Shown here: in pieces, positions 53,451 to 62,240 of the stretch
How positions within the stretch are numbered: the first letter of the stretch is position 1
Layout: every line of letters starts with the position of its first letter
From: Felis catus
Lineage: Eukaryota
Assembly: GCF_018350175.1 (NCBI RefSeq)
Contig: NC_058368.1
Location: forward strand, 44,518,001 to 44,582,000
Length of the DNA: 64,000 bases
Direction of reading: 5' to 3'
Notes under the pieces: model-generated
Seen by the model: only the letters and a program-made list of their open reading frames with translations
Databases searched by the model: none
What the model was told of the DNA's origin: nothing
Program-made: the position numbers and the translations under genes

Positions 53451-55655
53451 AAAAAAATAACAAATTTAATAGCAGTAAAAACATTCTTGGAATTAAAGAA
53501 GAATTCCCTGAGAGGGTGGTATATTATTTGAAATATGATGAATAAGTGGGAATTATATAAAAGCAGGTAGAAGGGCATTTTATAAAGAGTTTGTTGCATG
53601 GGCTAAATTGTGTACTAGGAGAAACAACGTGAGGGATCCAGCAGGGGATATGGTTGGAATAGAGAATGTAATTTAAAGAAATATAAAAATATAAATCACC
53701 ATCCTGAATAAAATTTAGTTGATAGAGTCATTTGGACTATGAATTTGGAGAAATCTCCCAGAAGAAGTTGCAAAAAGAAAAGGGAAGGGTCAAAAAGAAA
53801 GAAAAGACAAGGAATCAAACCAGAAATTAAAATATATGACTCGGACAGTGAGACTAAAGCCAGGGGAAAAAAATGAAAAAAACAAATTGTAATCAAGATT
53901 TTCTCTGAACTGAAGGAAGACAGGGGTCTTTTATTTCAAATGGCCCACAGAGGCCAAGCAGGATGAGTGTAAACGATTTATTACTGAAAATTATTTCAGA
54001 ATTTAAAGGAGGAAAAACATAGAGGTGAAAGGCTTCCAGATTTTTTAAAGCAGGTCTTCTACACTGGAACAATAATCAAATTTGAATCAGACATCTCTCT
54101 GGATTTCCAAGCCAAGTACAAATGTCTTTAAAATTCAGAAATGACATAATTTTCACTACAGGAGGTTATTAAACAATTAGAAGACAAAATGAAGATATTC
54201 TCTAAAACATACAGATCAGAGAATAGAAATTTCCATGTATCCATTCTAAGACAGTTTCTAATATCAGTTAAAAACTAGGCCAATCTACCCTGACTGAAAA
54301 CTAGGGAAATATTTTATTTCATGTAACTGCAAAGTTCAGCTATTTCTGGATAAAATGGAAGATAAGTAATACAACAGAAAAGAAAAATCATTGGAGAACA
54401 AAAAAATAATTGGAAACAAAGTAAGGTGGTCATTGCTTCATACCTCATATCCTGTTTCAAAGACTAGTATAAACTTTTTGCCCTGATAGTGGGATGATTC
54501 CTAAATATTTTTCTGGTGAAAGCTTCTTTGCCCACATCCTAGCCCCCCATGCCTCTAGGTTCTGGCCTCTAAAAGGAGTCCCTTATTTAGGGTTATCCAT
54601 GACCACGTCTGCAATGGTAATTGGAAAGAATGCCTAATCTGGGTACTGATTTTCTTCGTCATCTCATTCCTGCAGGTTTGTATGTATGTGTCTTCATTTG
54701 TGTGTGAGAAGAGCAATTGTGAATAGGGGATTGATTGCTAAATGGAAGTTCAAACGTAATCTGTTAATCCCAGACACTGGGAAAGTAACTCCCTTAAAAG
54801 CAGATATTGTGTTGAGCCATGTTTCCTGATTTTAGAGCTAGAACTTAGAATTATCTGTTTCCTAGCAACAATTCTCAGTTATATGCTAGCTTCCCTAACC
54901 CATAATTTAATGACCTCCACTGAGGCATCTGCTTTGGACAATTTGAGACAATGGTTCGGGACGGGAAGGCACAGTTAATCTCCACCTCTCCCTGCTATCT
55001 GCACTTATACCATAAAACTAATCGTCTCCTGTGTCTGCCTGGTAGTATATAACAGGAGATTCATGGAAAGGGCCTGTGGGAATCAGGCTTCTCACATAAC
55101 TCAATCTTACTGCCAATTTTGGTTCTGACTTCCTTAACTCTGCTAACGCTAACAAGCTTTTTGTTAAATAATTTAGCTTTTTTATCCAAACAAGGCTCCA
55201 GGTTATTATATTCTCAGCCATCCCTGGAGGCTGGCCAGAGGCAAAAAGTATGCCTATTCTTTCCCATGAATCAGTTTTAACCCAGGACTGTATCTTTATT
55301 ACAGGATATTACGGAATCCATAAGAAAGGGAAAAGCTACCAATCCACTCTCACATCTTGAATTTTCCCTATCAAATCTCATAATGTACAATCATGTTAGG
55401 TACATGGCTTTACTGCAGAGTATAACAACCATTTTGTCCATCTGTTCGATAACAATAAGAATTGCAAATTCTCTACCTGGGATTATTATGATTTCCATTG
55501 CCTCTCAAACTACTTCTACCTAATGCAATTTCCATTTTGGACCGTGCCAAATTTCAGCAACAGTTTAGTAATGGTACTGATAGTTAATAACTAGCCTGAA
55601 ATGTGATAGTGGTAACTTTTTACCCATCACACTCCATATTTCTTAGACACACTGT

Positions 55656-55689
<34 letters not shown>

Positions 55690-56316
55690 AATTTATTGTA
55701 TTTAACTACCATTTTTTGTGGGTTGTTTCCTGTTCAACCACAACTTTAACTCAGCCTTCAATTTAGTTTTAGTAAAATACATTTTACTTTCTACTATAAA
55801 TATGATACTAATATACAACAATGAACACTTCAGGTTTTTATTTCCATTTACCATATAACTTTTTCTAAGATAAAAGTCTGCAAAGACAATTTCCAGAGCA
55901 GGACAGAGACAGAGACTGAGAGACAGAGAACATTTTGTTCCAGATGGTTTTGTCCCAGGACAGCCAAAAATAAATCCATTGATCAAAACACCCTGAAAAC
56001 TCTAAGACTAAACTCTATAGTCTCTTTATGAAATTCTTAATTTAAGTGCAAGAGACTGAAATGGTAAGTGTCACTCTGTCTCAAGACCCTGCTGAGGTCA
56101 GTTCCTTCTCTAGACTTGAAATCCAAATACTACAGGGGCTGCCTTCCCAGGACCTGTTAAGTCCTGCCTCAACTGAAGAGTGAAGACATCTGAAGTTCTC
56201 TTTGTTAAAATGGAACAGTGTAAATTACTGAGAACATTGTCAACATTTAACTTTCATAGACAGAGTTCATTTAGTCTACAAATACTATGCCTATCATTGG
56301 AACAAAAAGTATTTCC

Positions 56317-56347
<31 letters not shown>

Positions 56348-57549
56348 TTAAGATGCTTCTAATGCTATTCAATCCTATGCTAAACTCACCAGATACTGCA
56401 GAAGGATACTTTCTTCGAACGGCATCTAGAATAACTCTTGTAAACAGTGTTTTCAAATGCTGCAGCTGACATTGAGGTTTATTCAGTTAGCTCTCTCAGA
56501 GACTCAAAATTTCTCAATTCCTTTAACCCTTCTTTTCCAATATGTATCACAGTTTAATATTTCTGGTATGATTATAGTTTTGAACTGAGTACATATTTAA
56601 ATACTTTTTAATTTCTGTCCCATATCTGTACCAAAGTGACTTTTATTTTTAAAATTTCAGAAAGTTTAAAATACAATTGCAAAACGTTTACAAATGAGTA
56701 AGAGAATAACATTAAATATCAAGACTAAAGCTCAATTAAAATTTAAAACCTAAATACTAATAAAATGGAAAATATAATATCAACCTTATATTTACTATTT
56801 AATACATTAAGAGACATTTAAGCTTGGCTTAATTATGAATTCTGAATTATAGATAATCCCCTAATAACTCATTAATTATAGACTGATAGCACAGATTCCT
56901 GGCCCACCATAATTACTCAGTAATTGTTTATTGAAATGAATTGACCTTTTGACCAAAACTTTACCAAACTTCGTCTATTGCTAGGTATAAGATATGAACA
57001 ACAATTATCCAGATCTTTTACTGAACCCCTGGCTGTAACAATGCAATCTGAGTTCTGGCTGTGAAATATAGTTACTAAAAACGTGTCACTTTCAGATATG
57101 ACCCACTAAAATCTTCCAGTAATGTCATTCTTTCCCATTTCATGGTGATTTTGATGACATGTGTTGATGATTTGGGAGCAAAACAGGAGAAAGAGCCTGG
57201 GTCCCTGAATCTACATTTGGAGAATAGGCTTCCAATCAGGAACACGTGTTTTAGGCAGTTACATGAGTGAGACATGCTGTTTTCATTATTTTTAAGCCAT
57301 TCACTATTTTTGGATGTGTTACAGCATAGTTACCTTATCTAAGTCAGACGTTATTAAAAATAATAAGAAACCTTGTTCCCCTGTAACAGAAGGAATCGAT
57401 GATGTCACCCTTTAGAGACAAAAAACACTATCAACCCTTAGAAACATACGGCACTCTGTTAGTAATGAGAGCTCCTATCACTCTCACTTTTTTGTCATCT
57501 TTACAAAATCGCTTCCCTAAACACCCACACAAGGGTTCTTTTAGGTCTG

Positions 57550-57935
57550 GGGTATATATTAGCTTCCTATGGCTACTATAACAGTGTGGTACAAACTGGG
57601 TAGCTCAAAACAACAGACATTTACTTTCTAATAGAAGTCCAGATAAAGGTCTCATGCTCCTCCCCCTTAAATCTCAAGAGAAGACTCCTTCCTTGCCTCT
57701 TCTACATTCTGGTGGCTGAGGGCATACCTTGATTTTCCTAACGCAGGTCTGTGATTCTGTGTCCAAACTTCCCTCTTACTTATAAGGACAAAAGTCATAC
57801 TGGATTCAGGGCTCACCACAGTTCATTATGACTTAATCAAACTTGATCACATTTGCAAAGACCCCATTTTCAAAGAAGGTCACTTTCTGAGGTTCATATG
57901 AACATGAATTTTGACACAACACCAACCCAGTATGG
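57550..57935 (-). mobile_element. MaLR LTR (MLT1-type) remnant
   Basis: TATTAGCTTCCTATGGCTACTATAACA...AAAACAACAGACATTT...CATTTGCAAAGACCCCATTTTCAAA. Confidence 0.6.
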
Positions 57936-58135
57936 TGTGGGAGGGAATAATAAGTGGGTTAGAGGGAGAGGTCTATTGTAGCATAAGTATGTGCGTAAAA
58001 GGATAAATTTCCCTACATAAATAGTACCATAAAGGGTGCTTATTTTCTGTAATTTGATAATGTAAATGAAGGGTACACACTGAGACAGAGAGAATGAAAA
58101 GAGTGTCCACTACCACAGCTGGCAATGACTGTATC

Positions 58136-58392
58136 TTTTTTTATTTTTTTAAATTTTTTTAATGTTTATTTTTATTTTTGACAGAGAGAGAGAGAGAGAG
58201 AGAGAGAAGAGAGAGAGAGACAGAGCATGAGTGGGGGAGGGGCAGAGAGAGAGAGGGAGACACAGAATCCGAAGGAGGCTCCAGGCTCTGAGCTGTCAGC
58301 ACAGAGCCCAACACAGGGCTCGAACTCACACTGCGAGATCATGAACTGAGCTGAAGTGGGATGCCCAACCCACCGAGACACCCAGGTGCCCC
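58136..58392 (-). mobile_element. Can-SINE
   Basis: Reverse body ending CCCAGGTGCCCC. Confidence 0.9.
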
Positions 58393-59432
58393 GACAATGA
58401 TGTTATCACATTACATTATTTGAAAAAAATTGCAGGGTCAAGATTGCAGATCTCAACAAATTGATTTGAGTCTGACTTTTAAATTGTTATTTACATTGGA
58501 TTGGACTTTTGGAATCTAACTTACATTTGTTAACTCATAAAATGCTATCATGACATTATACATTCATAAAATTATATAATAACATCAGTTTGTAAACTCA
58601 AAATAAAAAACAAATTACCAGAAAATATATAATGTCATGCAAAATTTTATCTCAAGATGACTAAGCATAAAATTTAGCATTGCTTTTTAAACTTGAAAAT
58701 GAGTGATATAAATATGTATACATATCACTTCCTCATTTTCCTAACATCCTCTTTCTTCTGTTCAATGAATAAATATGTACATTATGCCTTTTGTCAATCT
58801 TATTCCAAGAATTGACATGTTTTTCAGTGAAGTAAACTAAAAAATGAAGCCTCCTTGTGTCAAAAAAGATTTCATAAAAAAAAGATATTATAAATGTATT
58901 GTATAAATACTAAGTCAGTATACACTATGCCCTATGCCTTGGGCTAGGTACTTGGGATATAATATAATAAATAGTCCAGGTATACCTGATGGCTTCTTGT
59001 CTTCCTCCCTGACTTGCCACACCCTATATACAGTTGGGAGTTTGATTATACCTAAAACTTTCCTCTCAACAAGTAAAGAATGTTAGCTTTCCCAAGGTAC
59101 ACATTTAAATCAGAATTCTGCCCTAATATGCAAGTGAAAGTCTTGAGCTGACTTCATTTTGTCCTTCAATTTTATGATACTTCATTAGCTTTTTCAGACT
59201 TCTATAACAGTAAACTGGATATAATTCAGTGTTTTGAAAGCTAGGCCAGCATTAAAATGAAGACTAAATTATTCTGATTCTCCTTCCTCCTAAAAATATC
59301 TAAGTTAAATTCTCAAAATTTGAGAGGGTTCCTAATTCTATTTCTGATTTGTACAGATGGGTTTGCATGAATAAATGTCTGTAACAATGTTTCTTAAGTC
59401 AGAAACTGATCATAATTTAAAAAGGGATTATC

Positions 59433-59588
59433 GGGGCACCTGGGTGGCTCAGTGGGTTAAGTATCCAACTCTTGACTCTTGATTTCAGCTCATGTCATGA
59501 CCTCAAGGTTGGGAGATTGAGCCCCATGTCAGACTCCTCTCTCTCTCCCTCTGCCTCTCTCTCTGTCTCAAAAAATAAAAAACAAAAA
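59433..59588 (+). mobile_element. Can-SINE (shortened)
   Basis: GGGGCACCTGGGTGGCTCAG head; AAAAAGGGATT on both flanks. Confidence 0.85.
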
Positions 59589-59671
59589 GGGATTTTCAAT
59601 GAAAAGCAAGTCCAGAGGCTACCAGAATAGGGGGAGGCTTTGACAGTAGCGAAAATACTCTGAACTTAAGA

Positions 59672-60110
59672 TGAAAGGGCGGGCCTACGCCAGCCGACTC
59701 CATCTTGTTCTGTGTCCTTCACCTTGACCACACCTCCTCCCCTTGACTCCATCTTGTTCTGTGTCCTTCACCTTGACCACACCTCCTCCCCTTGACTCCA
59801 TCTTGTTCTGTGTCCTTCACCTTGACCACACCTCCTCCCCTCGAGTAAACCCTCCCTCACCTGCCGGACCCTTCCCCAGGACCCCTCCCCAGCCAATCGG
59901 CTGAGGCCATAGCCATTACCTCACCAACTGCCCCCAGGCCCCAATAAAACCTTTGTCCTTTTGAAACTCGCTCTCTTTCCCTGGTATCTCACCGCTGCGT
60001 CGGTGCAGGTAGGGGATTGAGCTCGAGCTAGCTCGAATAAAGGCTCTTTGCTTTTGCATCGGACTCGGCTCCCTAGTGGTCTTTGGGGATCACGAATTCT
60101 GGGCATAACA
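59672..60110 (+). promoter_or_regulatory. 5' LTR (439 bp)
   Basis: Starts TGAAAG, ends TAACA followed by TT and the PBS; CCAAT at 59893-59897, TATA-like AATAAAA at 59943-59949, poly(A) signal AATAAA at 60036-60041. Confidence 0.92.
59696..59842 (+). repeat. Three tandem 49-bp units in U3
   Basis: GACTCCATCTTGTTCTGTGTCCTTCACCTTGACCACACCTCCTCCCCTT starting at 59696, 59745 and 59794; only the last base of copy 3 differs. Confidence 0.97.
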
Positions 60111-60112
60111 TT

Positions 60113-60130
60113 TGGGGGCTCGTCCGGGAT
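60113..60130 (+). promoter_or_regulatory. Primer binding site, tRNA-Pro
   Basis: TGGGGGCTCGTCCGGGAT, the 18-nt MLV/FeLV-type Pro PBS. Confidence 0.97.
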
Positions 60131-60245
60131 CCCCAAGACCCCGAGGGACCCCCGACCCGGAGAGCCTGACTGGCCACGGTTAGTGTCTGTTTGTTCTGTC
60201 TTTTCTGTGTGAGCTCATTTCTGGAATTCTGGTAGTGCCCGACGC

Positions 60246-60308
60246 GGTCTAGGTGGACGCACAGGAGGACCACGGGCCGGGAGTTTCAGAAGACGTTCCG
60301 ATTCTCCC
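60246..60308 (+). promoter_or_regulatory. Putative packaging signal: two GACG-tetraloop hairpins
   Basis: GTG-GACG-CAC (60253-60262) and GAA-GACG-TTC (60289-60298) with outer stems GGTC/GACC and GGGAG/CTCCC. Confidence 0.7.
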
Positions 60309-60311
60309 TTC

Positions 60312-60470
60312 TGGAGGGACGTGGAATCCCCTCAAAGGTCTGAGACGAGGCGGGTCACTCCCGCTGGTCGGCGTGAGGCCGTCGTCTTTGGAGGGACGTG
60401 GAATCCCCTCATCGGTTTTGGAGGGACGTGGAATCCCCTCATCGGTTTCGGAGGGACATGGAATCCCCTC
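60312..60470 (+). repeat. Leader repeats: GGAGGGACRTGGAATCCCCTC x4, the last three at a 30-bp period
   Basis: Copies near 60313, 60390, 60420 and 60450. Confidence 0.93.
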
Positions 60471-60589
60471 GAATGTCTAAGCTAGCTCTCAGTTTTGCTT
60501 CCATGGAGTTGGAAGACTTTCTAGGGGCCCTCTGTTTGTCTGTTTTTGTGTTTCTCTGTTTTGCTCTGTGGACTTACTGGACGGACGTT
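60458..60589 (+). CDS. GlycoGag-like N-terminal leader in frame with gag
   Basis: In-frame ATGs at 60458, 60473 and 60503; hydrophobic FLGALCLSVFVFLCFALWTYW directly before MGQT. Confidence 0.6.
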
Positions 60590-62183
60590 ATGGGACAGAC
60601 TCAGACTACTCCTCTAAGTATTATGATTGATCACTTTAAGGATGTGAGGGGAAGAGCTAACAACCTCAGTGTGGAAGTCCGAAAGAGTCGGTTGCAGTTT
60701 TTTTGTTCTAGCGAGTGGCCAACTTTCAATGTCGGATGGCCACCAGAGGGGACCTTCGACCTCCCTACCATCCACCGAGTCAGGAGTATCATCTCTCAGC
60801 CTAAGATGGGCCATCTTGATCAGCTCCCTTACATTATCACTTGGCAGGACCTTGTAGAAGACCCACCCTCTTGGCTTAAGCCCTTCCTAACCCTGCTCCC
60901 TCCGGAGCCAAAACCCATTCTTGCTTTGCAGGAGACAGAGAAGAGGAAACGTCTTACCCAGCCTTCAGCACCCCTCTACTCTGTCCTACAGGGGGGTACT
61001 GAAGAAGAATTAATTTTTCCTCCCCCGTATAACCCCTCTAGGATGCCGGAAGAACACCATCCTCCCCCTCCGGGGGAGGCAGATGCTGTTCCGAGAGCGG
61101 GAGGCGGAAACACCCCAGGGGGAAGCCCGCCATTTACCAGACAAAGGGCTCAGAGGGAGCAATCCGCCTCCGCCGCCGACTCTACTATTCTGCCCCTGCG
61201 AGCCACCGGACCCCCAGACGCGGAGGGGAATCAGCCCCATCACTATTGGCCTTTCGCCACTAGTGACCTCTACAATTGGAAAGCTCAGAATCCTAAGTTT
61301 TCTGAGAAACCGGCAGGGCTTATTGATTTATTAGACTCTGTTCTTTTTACCCATCAGCCCACATGGGACGATTGCCGGCAGCTTTTGCAGGTCCTGTTCA
61401 CGACTGAAGAAAGAGAAAGAATCCTCAATGAGGCCCGAAAACTAGTTCCGGGCGCAGACGGGAATCCCACCACCAACCAGGCTCAGATAGAGGCCTCCTT
61501 CCCCTTAACTCGGCCCCAGTGGGATTTCAACATGGCAGAAGGTAAGGAGAGGCTCCGGGTCTACCGCCAGACTCTAATGGGGGGTCTCCGAATGGCTGCT
61601 AGAAAGCCAACCAATTTGGCCAAGGTAGGAAATGTACAACAGGGAAAAGATGAATCTCCGGCTGCCTTTTTAGAAAGGATCATGGAGGCATTCCGTACCT
61701 ATACCCCCATGGATCCAGAGGCTCTGGAAAGCAAGGCAGCTGTTATCATGGCCTTTGTAAACCAATCGGCCATAGACATTAGGAGAAAATTACAGAAAAT
61801 AGATAGACTAGGAGAAAAAAAGTCTGCAGGACTTACTGGTGGTAGCCGAAAAGGTATATAATAACCGGGAGCCTCCTGAGGACAAGCAGGCTCGCGCCAT
61901 GGCGGCTGCCAGCAGTAAGCAGACTCGAGACCTGGCCAGAATACTGCTAGCTACCACTGCTGACTTCCCCGAGGAACGAGACCGCCGTCTCCGGCAGCTG
62001 GCAGATGACGCAAGAAAAGGTAAAAGCACCACCAAGGGGGGGAAGCAGAGGCTGCAGAAGGATCAGTGCACATACTGCAAGGAGATAGGGCATTGGGCCC
62101 GAGATTGTCCGAAATGGGCCGGCTGGAAGGGAAGCAAGACTGATCGAGTAAAAGTCCTAGAGCTGGATGAACTAAGTGATTAG
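60590..62183 (+). pseudogene. gag: gag (MA-p12-like-CA-NC) with a +1 frameshift at the A7 run 61815-61821
   Basis: MGQTQTTPL start, PSAP and PPPY late domains, MHR QGKDESPAAFLERIMEAF, CCHC knuckle CTYCKEIGHWARDC (62067-62108) in the shifted frame; uncorrected frame stops at 61861, native TAG at 62181-62183. Confidence 0.95.
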
Positions 62184-62240
62184 GGGAGTCAGGGTTCAGA
62201 CCCTCTCCCCGAACCCAGGGTAACTCTTAAAGTGGAGGGG
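62181..62240 (+). promoter_or_regulatory. gag-pol UAG read-through signal with pseudoknot
   Basis: TAG, 8-nt spacer GGGAGTCA, stem 1 GGGTTC/GAACCC, stem 2 C-rich loop (62201-62210) with GGAGGGG (62234-62240); same layout as MLV. Confidence 0.85.

Noticed and set aside
5540..58381. Recurrent short ORFs such as MAQSVKRPTSAQVMISRSVSSSPASGSVLTAQSLEPASDSVSPSLS
   Set aside because: Translations of Can-SINE bodies, not a protein family.
59696..59842. Direct repeats as a CRISPR-like array (also 60312-60470)
   Set aside because: Head-to-tail repeats without unique spacers, inside a retroviral LTR and leader in mammalian DNA.
59943..59949. AATAAAA as the LTR poly(A) signal
   Set aside because: It lies about 45 bp after CCAAT at the expected TATA position; AATAAA at 60036 fits the R-region signal better.
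60398..60400. GTG start of the 487-aa ORF as the Gag start
   Set aside because: Canonical Gag begins at ATG 60590 (MGQT); the upstream part is treated as a glycoGag-like leader.
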